Source: an uncultured Bacilli bacterium (lineage in GTDB: Bacteria; Bacillota_I; Bacilli_A; RF39; UBA660). Taken from it: a DNA stretch of 64,000 nucleotides. Shown here in pieces: positions 1 through 9,875 of this stretch. The first letter of the stretch is position 1, and every line of letters starts with the position of its first letter. The stretch spans positions 2,051-66,050 of the forward strand of contig CAKOMQ010000004.1 of the NCBI GenBank assembly GCA_934096715.1, written 5' to 3'. Below the pieces are notes generated by a model. That model made no database searches, was not told the DNA's origin, and saw only the letters and a program-made list of their open reading frames with translations. The translations under genes and the position numbers were made by a program.

Positions 1-621
1 AATATCAGCATTCTCTTTTTTAGATATTTCAAGACCGTCAAAGATTACACTTGCAGGATCACTATTATCTCTTCCATAAAATAAACAATCTATTTTTTCT
101 GACCACATTTTAAGTTGCTCAACTGCTCCCGCTCTAAAAGTATCAGCGCCAATCATCATAACTTTTTTACCTTCGCTTTTATATTTATAGGCTAGTTTTG
201 CTATAGTAGTAGTTTTACCTACTCCATTAACTCCAACCATTAAAACTACTGTTGGTGGTGTATCTTGAATATTAATTTTATCTGATAGAATATTATTATT
301 AACATAGATTATTAAAAGTTCATCAATTATAACTTCATTTAAATATTTAGTATCAGTTATATTTTCTTCTTTAACTCTTTTTCTTATTCTATCCATAAAA
401 TTCATGACTGTGTTAACACCTATATCAGCCATAATAAGTAAGTTTTCTAACTCTTCAAAATATTCTTCATCTATTTTAGTATATTTTATACCTAGAAGAC
501 TTAATTTGGATACAAATTCTTTTCTAGTTTTTTCTAGTCCTTTATCATATGTTTCAATATCATCATTGTTCTTAATATCTTTTTTTGAAACCATTTCTTT
601 AAATTTATTAAATAAACCCAT
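1..621 (-). CDS. ftsY: Signal recognition particle receptor FtsY (N-terminal part; 3' end runs off the window)
   Basis: Own translation of the minus strand from ATG at 621-619: MGLFNKFKEMVSKK..., then SRP-GTPase G1 loop VVLMVGVNGVGKTTTIAKLA and IGADTFRAGAVEQL. Absent from the ORF track because it is open at the window edge. Confidence 0.85.
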   Translation of the reverse strand, partial: MGLFNKFKEMVSKKDIKNNDDIETYDKGLEKTRKEFVSKLSLLGIKYTKIDEEYFEELENLLIMADIGVNTVMNFMDRIRKRVKEENITDTKYLNEVIIDELLIIYVNNNILSDKINIQDTPPTVVLMVGVNGVGKTTTIAKLAYKYKSEGKKVMMIGADTFRAGAVEQLKMWSEKIDCLFYGRDNSDPASVIFDGLEISKKENADI

Positions 622-733
622 AATTTAAATCACCTATAATTATAATAGCATTTTTCTAGACAAAACGCTATAACTTTGATATAATTAGTCGTAGTTAAAA
701 AACTTTTATAAAAAAAGAAAGAAGGAATTTTTT

Positions 734-2413
734 ATGCAAAATAATAGTGCGACTAGCATAGTTGCTTTAGGTGGTCTTGGTGAAGTTGGTAAAAACATGT
801 ATGTTATTACCCATGAAGATGAAATACTTATTATAGATGCTGGAGTTATGTTTCCAGAAGTTGGACTTCTTGGAGTAGATTATGTTATTCAAGACTATAC
901 ATATTTAAAACAAAATGAAGATAAAATTAAAGGATTAATTATAACTCATGGACATGAAGATCATATTGGTGGTATACCTTTTTTATTAAATCAAGTTAAT
1001 ATACCTGTTATATATACACCTAAGATTGCGGAAGATTTAATTAAGAAGAAACTAGATGATCGAGTTATTAAGTATGATAATTATGTTACTATTACTAAAG
1101 ATTTAAAATTAAACTTTAAACATTTTAATGTAGAGTTTGTAAATACTACTCACTCTATTCCAGATAGTTTTGCTATAGTTGTTCATACACCAAATGGAAC
1201 AATATTTGAAACAGGAGATTTTAAGTTTGACTTGACACCTATTGGCCCTATGGCTGATATTCATAAAATGGCTTATTTGGGTAGTAAGGGTGTAACTCTT
1301 TTATTAAGCGATTCAACTAATGCTTTATCACATGGATTTTCTAATTCTGAAAGTGTTGTAGATGAAACTTTAAATGATCTTATTAGTAGACATCATGGAC
1401 GTGTAATTATAGCAACATTTGCATCTAATATTTATAGAATTAAACATATAGCAGAAACTTGTAAAGAATATAATCGTAAGATAGTTATATTTGGACGTAG
1501 TATGGAAGCTAGTATAGACTTAGCTATAAATAATGGTTTGATAAAAGATAAATCTATATTTATAGATATGGCTAAAGCTAAAAGCTTAAAGAAGAATGAA
1601 ATATGTATACTATGTACTGGATCTCAAGGAGAACCTTTGGCTGCTTTATCAAGAATTGCTAATGGAACACATAAACAAATATCTCTACTACCCGATGATT
1701 TAGTAATATTCTCTTCTTCTCCAATACCAGGTAATGGAGAAAGTATAAATAGAATTATAAACAAGTTATATTTAAAGGGAGTAAGAGTTGTATCTAATAG
1801 TGAATTTAGTGATATACATACATCTGGACATGCTAAAGAAGAAGAACTTAAATGGATGCTTCGTATAATTAAACCTGATTATTTTATGCCAATGCATGGA
1901 GAATTTAGAATGCTTAAGCAACACGCTAATATTGCAGAACTTTGTGGAATACCTAAAGAAAATACATTTATATGTTCTAACGGAGATGAAATATTACTTA
2001 AGGATGGTAAGGTATACCGTGGTGGTAAAATTACAGCTGGAGATGTTTATGTAGATGGATCTCGTGTTGGAGATGTAGGAAGTGTTGTAATTAAAGATCG
2101 TAAATTAATGAGTCAAGATGGTATACTAATTACTATATTAAATATTAATACTTTATCAAGAAGATTATTAATTAAGCCAAATGTTACAGCACGTGGTTTT
2201 GTCTTAGTAAATGATAATCCTGAACTTATGAATAAAATAGAAAGAAAGATTAATGATATTGTTGTTAATTTCTTAAAAAATAATACTTATAATTATAGTG
2301 ATTTAAAGAATCAAATAATACTAGAACTTCTTCCATTTATTAATGATTTAACTGGAAGAAGACCAATTATATTACCAGTAATTATGGAAGTAAATAAAAG
2401 TGGAGAGTTTTAA
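734..2413 (+). CDS. rnj: Ribonuclease J
   Basis: 559 aa. Metallo-beta-lactamase motif ITHGHEDHIGG, beta-CASP region and RNase J-type C-terminal domain; length typical of Firmicute RNase J. Confidence 0.9.
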   Translation: MQNNSATSIVALGGLGEVGKNMYVITHEDEILIIDAGVMFPEVGLLGVDYVIQDYTYLKQNEDKIKGLIITHGHEDHIGGIPFLLNQVNIPVIYTPKIAEDLIKKKLDDRVIKYDNYVTITKDLKLNFKHFNVEFVNTTHSIPDSFAIVVHTPNGTIFETGDFKFDLTPIGPMADIHKMAYLGSKGVTLLLSDSTNALSHGFSNSESVVDETLNDLISRHHGRVIIATFASNIYRIKHIAETCKEYNRKIVIFGRSMEASIDLAINNGLIKDKSIFIDMAKAKSLKKNEICILCTGSQGEPLAALSRIANGTHKQISLLPDDLVIFSSSPIPGNGESINRIINKLYLKGVRVVSNSEFSDIHTSGHAKEEELKWMLRIIKPDYFMPMHGEFRMLKQHANIAELCGIPKENTFICSNGDEILLKDGKVYRGGKITAGDVYVDGSRVGDVGSVVIKDRKLMSQDGILITILNINTLSRRLLIKPNVTARGFVLVNDNPELMNKIERKINDIVVNFLKNNTYNYSDLKNQIILELLPFINDLTGRRPIILPVIMEVNKSGEF

Positions 2414-2443
2414 AAAGGTTAAACAGAAATTTGTTTAACCTTT
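2412..2443. repeat. Direct repeat copy 1 (32 bp): the rnj/rpe terminator hairpin, duplicated by IS insertion
   Basis: aaaaaggttaaacagaaatttgtttaaccttt starts 1 nt after the T of the rnj stop. An identical 32-mer recurs at 3614-3645. It is itself a hairpin (ggttaaac-N-gtttaacc). Confidence 0.85.
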
Positions 2444-3613
2444 CCTAAATTGAAATTTGAACCGCACCACTAGGGTGCGGCTTTTTGATATAATAAAGGA
2501 GCCAATTCCCGGCAAGGAGGCTCCTATATGAATTATAAACAATTAACAGAAAAAAAGAAAGTAGAAATTGATATTTTATTAGCACAAGGATTTTCAATGA
2601 GAGAAGTTGGAAGAAGACTTAATATAAGTCACTCTACTATATCAAGATATAAATCTGGTAAATATAAAAAAAGAAAAATAGATATAAATAAGAAATATGA
2701 AGTATTTATAAAATACTTATTTGACCATTATGACAGAAGAGTGTGTTCTATAGAAATATGTGTAAACAAATTTAAAAAAGGACATTTTTTTGCAAATTGT
2801 CCATCAGTTAAACAAGTATATAATTGGATAAATGACGGTAAAATATTTTTGAGTAAAGATAAATTATGCTATAAAAAAAGAAAAGGTAAAAAAACTGGTA
2901 TGATGGCACATTTTAAATGGAACTTAAATAATAAAACGGTGTTACCAATAAGTTTAAGACCAAAGTATATTGAAGATAGAACAGAAGTAGGACATTTGGA
3001 AATAGACTCTATAATTGGAAAAAGAAACGAATATGACACAATAGTTTCAATAGTAGATAGATGCACAAGAAAATTATGGTTAATAAAATCAGAATATAAA
3101 AACGAATATTATACAAATAAATTAATATATGATTTCATAATAAAAAATGATATAGAAGTAAAATCTATAACAGTAGATAATGGACTAGAATTTAATGCGC
3201 TAGGAATAGCAGCGAAGAAGCTTGGAGTAAAACTATATAAATGTGATCCTTATTGTTCATTTCAAAGGGGGACAAATGAAAGAATGAATGCAATGGTAAG
3301 GAGATTTTTACCAAAAGGTTACTCATTAAAAACAGTAACACAATGTTATTTAGACAACATAGCCTTTGAAATAAATTATATGCCAAAAAAAATATTTGGA
3401 TTTAAAAATGCATTTGAAAAAGAATTAGAATATTAATTTTATTTGTAAGAAAATTATAATATATTCTGTTTTTTAGTCAATGATAAAATAAACACAAAGT
3501 GTCATTGACAAAAAACCAGAATATATAAAAAAAGTAATAACAAATAAAATAATTGACTAATATTTATTATCTGATAAAATTAAATTAAATGGTGCGGTTG
3601 AAATTACAATATA
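2444..3613 (+). mobile_element. IS30-family insertion sequence (~1.17 kb), IS1630-like behaviour
   Basis: Single DDE transposase ORF. Imperfect terminal inverted repeats: attgaaatttgaaccgcacca (2449-2469) versus the reverse complement of tggtgcggttgaaattacaat (3590-3610), 19 of 21 matched by eye. Flanked by a perfect 32-bp direct repeat. An internal hairpin ccgcaccactagggtgcgg plus T-run sits just inside the left end. Confidence 0.85.
2528..3436 (+). CDS. IS30-family DDE transposase
   Basis: 302 aa. N-terminal HTH (GFSMREVGRRLNISHSTISRY). Catalytic regions EIDSIIGK, TVDNGLEFN and QRGTNERMNAMVRRFLPKG match the IS30 D-D-E pattern. Confidence 0.9.
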   Translation: MNYKQLTEKKKVEIDILLAQGFSMREVGRRLNISHSTISRYKSGKYKKRKIDINKKYEVFIKYLFDHYDRRVCSIEICVNKFKKGHFFANCPSVKQVYNWINDGKIFLSKDKLCYKKRKGKKTGMMAHFKWNLNNKTVLPISLRPKYIEDRTEVGHLEIDSIIGKRNEYDTIVSIVDRCTRKLWLIKSEYKNEYYTNKLIYDFIIKNDIEVKSITVDNGLEFNALGIAAKKLGVKLYKCDPYCSFQRGTNERMNAMVRRFLPKGYSLKTVTQCYLDNIAFEINYMPKKIFGFKNAFEKELEY

Positions 3614-3645
3614 AAAAAGGTTAAACAGAAATTTGTTTAACCTTT
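3614..3645. repeat. Direct repeat copy 2 (32 bp); also the functional terminator and last codons of rpe
   Basis: Identical to 2412-2443. The rpe stop codon (3637-3639) lies inside it. Confidence 0.85.
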
Positions 3646-4257
3646 TAATATGCTTATATTTTTATTATAGTTATCACTCATACATATATAAGAGCCACTT
3701 ACAACTATATCTACTTTTTTATTTCTTAAATATTCAATTGATTCTTCGTTTATACCACCATCTATACTTACTGTAATATCTAAATTACTTAGATAGTCTA
3801 ATTTATCTAAGACACTTGGAATAAATTCTTGTCCACCACGACCTGGTACAACGCTCATAATAAGTACAATATCTATATCATTTAAGTAATCATCTATAAT
3901 ATGGATATCTTCATCTGGATTAATAGCAAGTCCGACTAAGAAACCCATACTTTTTATAAGTTCAATAGTTTTCTTAACATTTTTGCTTGCACTGGGGTGA
4001 AATATAATATCATTTATGTTTAACATTCCTATTTTGCTTATATATTTATCAGGATTATTTACCATTAAGTGAACATCTAAGCTTTTCTTGGTAAAACTTA
4101 AATCCTTTATGACTTCACCTATTGTAAAGTTTTTACATTCAACATAATTTCCATCCATCAAATCAACATGAATATAGTCAGCTATACTTTCGTCAATAAG
4201 TTTTATTGTTTCACTTTTTTTATGTTTACTAGTTATATAACTTACTGATACTTTCAT
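3637..4257 (-). CDS. rpe: Ribulose-phosphate 3-epimerase
   Basis: 206 aa. HVDLMDG, HLMV, PGRGGQEF and SIDGGIN motifs; conserved position after rsgA. Confidence 0.85.
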   Translation of the reverse strand: MKVSVSYITSKHKKSETIKLIDESIADYIHVDLMDGNYVECKNFTIGEVIKDLSFTKKSLDVHLMVNNPDKYISKIGMLNINDIIFHPSASKNVKKTIELIKSMGFLVGLAINPDEDIHIIDDYLNDIDIVLIMSVVPGRGGQEFIPSVLDKLDYLSNLDITVSIDGGINEESIEYLRNKKVDIVVSGSYICMSDNYNKNISILKG

Positions 4258-5084
4258 CTTCTATTATCTCCTTTTATAAATCTTATGTAGTTATCATATC
4301 TACTTTTTAATATATCTTTATTACCTATTATAGAACATCCTTTTTCTTTTAAATGTTTACAATCTTTAAATTGACAATTAGAATTTCTAAATTCTTTAAA
4401 TGAATAAGCTATCTTATCTAGATCATCTTTATTAAAATCTATTTGAGAAAAACCTGGAGTATCCATAATATAAATATTATTTATATTAAAAAGTTCAACT
4501 ATTCTAGTAGTATGTTTACCCCTACCTAAACTTTCAGATATTTCATTAGTTTTTAAATTAAGATTCTTATCTAACTTATTTATAAAAGTTGATTTTCCAG
4601 CACCTGTTTGACCACTTACAGTAACAATTTTATTTCTAAGTAGTTTCTTAAGCTTATTAATCTTTTTATTAGTAAAGACATTATATCCAATAGACTTATA
4701 ATACTTCATAAGTTGTTTAAATTCTTTTAATTCACTTCTATTAACTAAATCTAATTTAGTAAAAAGTAAGATCGGTTCAATATTTTTAATTTCACTAATA
4801 GATATAAGTTTATCTAAAAGAGTACTATTAAAATCTGGTTTCTTAAGACTAGTAACTATTATATTATAATCTATATTAGCAACAGGTGGTCTATCTAAAT
4901 AGTTATCTCTTTCAAGAATTTCATTAATAATAAGTTCATCTTTATTAAATAGAACTCTGTCACCTACACACGGAGTAATCTTATCATATCTAAATTTACC
5001 ACGTAAAACACAGTTAAAAGTTTCATTTTCACTCTTAACTGTGTACATAGTACTATTAATTTTTACTATTATTCCCCTAGTCAT
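4254..5084 (-). CDS. rsgA: Ribosome small-subunit-dependent GTPase A
   Basis: 276 aa. Circularly permuted GTPase: SGQTGAGKSTFINKL, DTPGF and a C-terminal Zn knuckle C..C.H..E.GC. Confidence 0.9.
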   Translation of the reverse strand: MTRGIIVKINSTMYTVKSENETFNCVLRGKFRYDKITPCVGDRVLFNKDELIINEILERDNYLDRPPVANIDYNIIVTSLKKPDFNSTLLDKLISISEIKNIEPILLFTKLDLVNRSELKEFKQLMKYYKSIGYNVFTNKKINKLKKLLRNKIVTVSGQTGAGKSTFINKLDKNLNLKTNEISESLGRGKHTTRIVELFNINNIYIMDTPGFSQIDFNKDDLDKIAYSFKEFRNSNCQFKDCKHLKEKGCSIIGNKDILKSRYDNYIRFIKGDNRR

Positions 5085-6849
5085 CTAAATCCGTTTCTAT
5101 ATCTTCTGTGTCATTATCACTTTGATAAACAGTTATTGAGAATGTAGCATTTTCTTTTACCACACTTCCTGCTTTTCTACTTTGACTTATGATATCTCCG
5201 TTTTTATGATTACCTACAGAACTATACTTAATAGTTAACTTAAGCTTATATTGTTCAGCAAAGTTTTCAACGTCTGTAACACTTTTAGTACCATCAGTAA
5301 AGTCTGGATATAATTCACCTATTTGAGCGTAAGTTAAAGTGATTGTGTCACCTGAATGAATTTTTTCTCCTGGCTCAACTGATTGACCAATTATATCTCC
5401 ATCTTTGTATTCAGTTTTAGGATCACTTATTACTTCTGATTTTTCTTCAACACTTATTCCTTTACTATTAAGCATTCCTTTAACTTCTAGATAATTTTTG
5501 CCTTTGTAGTCTTCAACAGTTACAGTACCTTCTCCACTTGAAATATATAGTTTTACTGTAGATCCTTTCTTACGATTATTACCACTTCCAGGACTAGTTT
5601 TAACTACTTTACCTTCATCTATATTTTCACTAACAATATTTTCTTGTTCATCACTAACAACAAAACCTGCTTTTTGTAGTATTTTAGTTGCTTCACTTAT
5701 TGTTTTATTAGATACATCTGGTACTTCAATTGTACTTCCTTTTGTAAATAATGTTATACAGACAAATACCGCAGTTATAGCGACTACTAGTCCTGTAAAT
5801 ACTATTGCTAATTTTATTAATAAACTATTTTGTTTTTTCATATCTTCCTCTTTAATTTGCTTTATTTCGATAGTTTTATCTAAATCTTCATTCTTTTTCT
5901 TCTCTACTTTAGGAGATTTAGCTTCCTTTTTAACTTCAACTTTTTCTTTTTTTACTGGTTGAATAGCACGAGTTTCATCACTAATTTCATTATATTTTAG
6001 AGTAATCTTTGGTTCATTTATTCTTGATGGATCTAAGCAAGTAAGTAAATCTTCATGCATCTCTCTTGCATCAGCATATCTGTTTTTAGGATTCTTAGCT
6101 GTTGCTTTAATTATAATATTTTCAACACTTTGGGGTATTGAAGGATTCTCTTCTCTGACACCAGGGACATTTTCTTTTAAATGCTTTAATGCTATTTCAA
6201 CAGCGTTATCTCCTTTAAATGGAAGTTTTCCTGTTAATAATTCATAGAATAATATACCTATTGAATAGATATCACTTTGAAGTGTTGCTCCTTTTCCACT
6301 AGCTTGTTCTGGTGGTAAGTAATGAACACTACCCATAACTGAGTTAGTTTGAGTTAGTTGAGTAGAATTCATAGCCATGGCAATACCAAAGTCTGTTATT
6401 TTAACTAAACCATTTTCAAGGATCAAAATATTTTGGGGTTTAATATCACGATGTATTATATAAGAATCATGCGCAACACTTAAACCAGCTGTAATTTGAA
6501 GCACTATATCGACAGCTTCACTTACCGTAAGTTTTCCACGTTTTTTAATAAGACTCTTTAAGTGTTTGCCTTCAATATATTCCATTACAATATAGTATTC
6601 ACCATTATCTTCACCAACATCATATACTTCAACAATATTTGGATGAGATAAACTACTTGCTGCCAAGGCTTCACGTTGAAATCTTCTAACAAATTTTTCA
6701 TCATTAGCAAGATCTCCCCTTAATACTTTAACAGCAACATCTCGATCAAGAATGGTATCATAAGCTAAATAAACATTAGCCATTCCACCTTCACCAATAC
6801 TTTTTATTATTTGGTAACGATCGTTTATTTTTTGACCTTTCATTACCAT
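5077..6849 (-). CDS. prkC: Ser/Thr protein kinase with PASTA repeats
   Basis: 590 aa. Hanks kinase motifs (HRDIKPQNIL, DFGIA), a TM segment and three C-terminal PASTA-like repeats. Confidence 0.9.
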   Translation of the reverse strand: MVMKGQKINDRYQIIKSIGEGGMANVYLAYDTILDRDVAVKVLRGDLANDEKFVRRFQREALAASSLSHPNIVEVYDVGEDNGEYYIVMEYIEGKHLKSLIKKRGKLTVSEAVDIVLQITAGLSVAHDSYIIHRDIKPQNILILENGLVKITDFGIAMAMNSTQLTQTNSVMGSVHYLPPEQASGKGATLQSDIYSIGILFYELLTGKLPFKGDNAVEIALKHLKENVPGVREENPSIPQSVENIIIKATAKNPKNRYADAREMHEDLLTCLDPSRINEPKITLKYNEISDETRAIQPVKKEKVEVKKEAKSPKVEKKKNEDLDKTIEIKQIKEEDMKKQNSLLIKLAIVFTGLVVAITAVFVCITLFTKGSTIEVPDVSNKTISEATKILQKAGFVVSDEQENIVSENIDEGKVVKTSPGSGNNRKKGSTVKLYISSGEGTVTVEDYKGKNYLEVKGMLNSKGISVEEKSEVISDPKTEYKDGDIIGQSVEPGEKIHSGDTITLTYAQIGELYPDFTDGTKSVTDVENFAEQYKLKLTIKYSSVGNHKNGDIISQSRKAGSVVKENATFSITVYQSDNDTEDIETDLDD

Positions 6850-7592
6850 TATTCTTCACCACTTTCTTTAACTAAGTAGGCTACTGAAATATTATCATTT
6901 CCACCTCTAGCATTACATTTTCTAATCAACTTTTCAACCTTTTCATTTATATCTAAATCATCTTCATCTAAAACTTTTTCAATTTGACTATCTGTTAACA
7001 TATTTGTTAAACCATCACTACATAAGAATACACCATCATAATCACTTTCAACAGCAAAGATGTCTATTTCCGCTTTTTCACTAGCACCAAGAGCTTTCAT
7101 CAAAACATTCTTTTGGGGATGATTCTTAGCTTCTTCTTCACTTATATTACCTGCTGCCACCAAAAGATTTACTAGTGTATGGTCATTTGTTACTTTATGT
7201 AGTTTTTTATTCTTAATAACATATCCTGATGAATCACCAATGTTACCAAATATTAAGAATGTATCAGTTACTAGTGCACATACGATAGTAGTTCCTAATC
7301 CAACTGAATCTTCATGTTCTAATCCATAAGTAAGTATTTCATTATTTATATCATTAACTGTATCATTTAACCAGTTTATAGCGTCTAGTTTAGTTCCAAC
7401 CGTTGATAGTTGGTTAAATCTTTTACCAAGAGATGTTACTACAATACTACTAGCAACTTCTCCTTTTCGGTGTCCACCCATACCATCTGCCACTATTAGT
7501 AAGTATTCACCACTAGTGTTTTTTAAAATAGTAACACTATCTTCGTTATGGCTTCTTACTCTTCCTGAGTCAGTTAAATAACTTGTTTTCAT
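6849..7592 (-). CDS. stp: PP2C-family Ser/Thr phosphatase
   Basis: 247 aa. ADGMGGH, CSDGL and GGNDNIS motifs; coupled to prkC. Confidence 0.9.
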   Translation of the reverse strand: MKTSYLTDSGRVRSHNEDSVTILKNTSGEYLLIVADGMGGHRKGEVASSIVVTSLGKRFNQLSTVGTKLDAINWLNDTVNDINNEILTYGLEHEDSVGLGTTIVCALVTDTFLIFGNIGDSSGYVIKNKKLHKVTNDHTLVNLLVAAGNISEEEAKNHPQKNVLMKALGASEKAEIDIFAVESDYDGVFLCSDGLTNMLTDSQIEKVLDEDDLDINEKVEKLIRKCNARGGNDNISVAYLVKESGEE

Positions 7593-7593
7593 T

Positions 7594-8604
7594 TTACACC
7601 TCTTTACTTCTTAACTGTCCACATGCAGCCGAAATTTTGCTTCCAAATTCTTTTCTAACAGTGGTATTAATTCCTAGACTTAAAAGTTTATCTTGAAACT
7701 TTTTAACATTATCGCTCTTTTTATATTCAATATTTTTTGTTTCATTATAAGGTATCAAATTAACATAGACATTCATACCCCTTAATAAATTAGCTAACTC
7801 TAAAGCATTATCCATGCTATCATTAACACCTTTTAACATTACATATTCTATTGTAACACGTCTATTAGTTTTTTTGATATAATTTTTTATACTATCTATA
7901 ACCATATCTATTGGATAAACTTTACTTATCGGCATAATCTTATTTCTAATTTGATCAGATGGAGCATGAAGTGAAAGAGCTAGATTAACTTGAAGCGGAA
8001 AGTTACTAAACTCATTTATCTTAGGTACTAGCCCACAAGTTGATACAGTTATATGTCTTGCACCAATACCTAATCCTTTCGGATGATTTATAATACTAAT
8101 AAAATTCATTACATTATCATAGTTATCAAAAGGCTCTCCTATACCCATAATAACAACACTATCTATACGCTTATTTATATCTTCTTCAATTAGAAGTATT
8201 TGTTCAACCATTTCATATGTTTCTAGATTTCTAACTTTCTTAAGCCTTCCACTTTCACAAAACTTACATCCCATATTACAGCCAACTTGACTAGATACAC
8301 AAACACTTAATCCATAGTCGTGCATCATTAAGACGGCTTCAACTTTTTCATTATCAGTTAATTCAAATAAATATTTTTTTACCAAACTGTCTTCTTCTTT
8401 TTTAATTATACTTATTAAAGATGTAGTATATTCAATTTTTAACTTCTCACGCACTTCTTTTTTTATATTAGAAAACTCATCTATATCTTTAACTCTTTTA
8501 ATATACAACCATTCAAAAACTTGGGTAGCTTTATATTTTTTCTCACCCATGTATGTAAATATATTTTCCATATCTTCTATTTTATAATTATATAAATTCT
8601 TCAT
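7594..8604 (-). CDS. rlmN: 23S rRNA/tRNA (adenine-C2)-methyltransferase, radical SAM
   Basis: 336 aa. CNMGCKFCESG radical-SAM cluster and C-terminal ...AACGQL motif. Confidence 0.9.
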   Translation of the reverse strand: MKNLYNYKIEDMENIFTYMGEKKYKATQVFEWLYIKRVKDIDEFSNIKKEVREKLKIEYTTSLISIIKKEEDSLVKKYLFELTDNEKVEAVLMMHDYGLSVCVSSQVGCNMGCKFCESGRLKKVRNLETYEMVEQILLIEEDINKRIDSVVIMGIGEPFDNYDNVMNFISIINHPKGLGIGARHITVSTCGLVPKINEFSNFPLQVNLALSLHAPSDQIRNKIMPISKVYPIDMVIDSIKNYIKKTNRRVTIEYVMLKGVNDSMDNALELANLLRGMNVYVNLIPYNETKNIEYKKSDNVKKFQDKLLSLGINTTVRKEFGSKISAACGQLRSKEV

Positions 8605-8636
8605 ACTCTAATTTTACCAAATATTCTATTATAAGT

Positions 8637-8996
8637 CTACACTACCAGTGGTGCAAAAAAAGGAAATATATTTCTTAATATAGTAAATAAAACTACTAAT
8701 AAAAGAATTAAATATAATATTTTTTTATCTATTTTAATAAGTTTTTTCTTCCATAAGCAAATAACTACATAAATTATAAAAGAAATCATTAGTAGAAATG
8801 CTAGCATATTATATCTAAATGCTTGATAAAATTCTAAATTAATCAAACTTCTTAACATTCTAGTAATTCCGCATCCTGGACAATAAAGACTAAAATTAGT
8901 ATAGATTGGACAAAGTACATTACCAAAGAATATTAAATAAATAGAACTTATTAATATAAAAAAAATAACAATTGAAATTATTATTTTTTCCATCAT
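8637..8996 (-). CDS. DUF2752-like small membrane protein
   Basis: 119 aa, 4 predicted TM segments, CPGCGITR motif characteristic of DUF2752. Confidence 0.5.
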   Translation of the reverse strand: MMEKIIISIVIFFILISSIYLIFFGNVLCPIYTNFSLYCPGCGITRMLRSLINLEFYQAFRYNMLAFLLMISFIIYVVICLWKKKLIKIDKKILYLILLLVVLFTILRNIFPFFAPLVV

Positions 8997-9433
8997 TAAT
9001 CAGTTAATGGCATACCATCAGCATCAACATTAATAGATCCAGTTAAAATAAGTATTCCTTCAACTAATCCCCAAATAGATGAGATTGGAGATAAAATGAA
9101 GCAACTTAATAATGTTATTAATAATTGACCTACTGCTTTACCATTGTATCCTAAATAAAAGTTATGCACACCAAAAGCTCCTAAAAATATACCTAGTATT
9201 CCAGCAGCTATTTTACTTTTGGCACCAGGATTAACAGAACCATTTCCACTTACAGTAGTCTTAAAAACATATCCACATTTTTGACATACTGTAGCACTTG
9301 AGTCCATACTTTCATTACATTCTGGGCATACTTTTTTAGGTCTATTTGGACATCCACAGCTTGGACATTTTTCTGCCAAATCACTCATTTCTTTTCCACA
9401 TTCATTACATTTAATCATTGCCATACTTAACAC
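8996..9433 (-). CDS. Double zinc-ribbon plus TM2-domain membrane protein
   Basis: 145 aa. Two CxxC...CxxC ribbons, then a TM2-like segment GILGIFLGAFGVHNFYLGY. Confidence 0.55.
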   Translation of the reverse strand: MLSMAMIKCNECGKEMSDLAEKCPSCGCPNRPKKVCPECNESMDSSATVCQKCGYVFKTTVSGNGSVNPGAKSKIAAGILGIFLGAFGVHNFYLGYNGKAVGQLLITLLSCFILSPISSIWGLVEGILILTGSINVDADGMPLTD

Positions 9434-9476
9434 TCCTTACTTATATTAATTCTATCAAAATATTATTTGAAAGTCA

Positions 9477-9875
9477 TCATATTTTTTTATAATCATAGTA
9501 TTTTTTTATACTAGGACTTAAGAAGAATACAATAACAATAATATAATCACTACTTAAAACTATTTTATGATAAACTATTAAATAATAAACTATTAATACT
9601 CCTATTGCGTATAACATATTTTTTAATGATTCAACTAATAAATCTTTAATACTCTTATCTTTACTTGCAAGAACAAATCCATATATACTAGCATAGATAA
9701 GTCCTAGTATAAATAGAGTACAAAAAATAAGATAACCTATTAACAAATAAATATTATACTTAGTCATATCATTCATAAATAGAACAAAAAATAAAAGTAT
9801 TATAGTAATTCCTATAAACATATAAAATAATACTTTTAAAGTTTTATATATAAAATCATCTATTTTCTTTTTCAT
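9477..9875 (-). CDS. Hypothetical multi-pass membrane protein
   Basis: 132 aa, hydrophobic throughout, overlaps the upstream gene by 4 nt (operonic). No recognisable motif. Confidence 0.4.
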   Translation of the reverse strand: MKKKIDDFIYKTLKVLFYMFIGITIILLFFVLFMNDMTKYNIYLLIGYLIFCTLFILGLIYASIYGFVLASKDKSIKDLLVESLKNMLYAIGVLIVYYLIVYHKIVLSSDYIIVIVFFLSPSIKKYYDYKKI

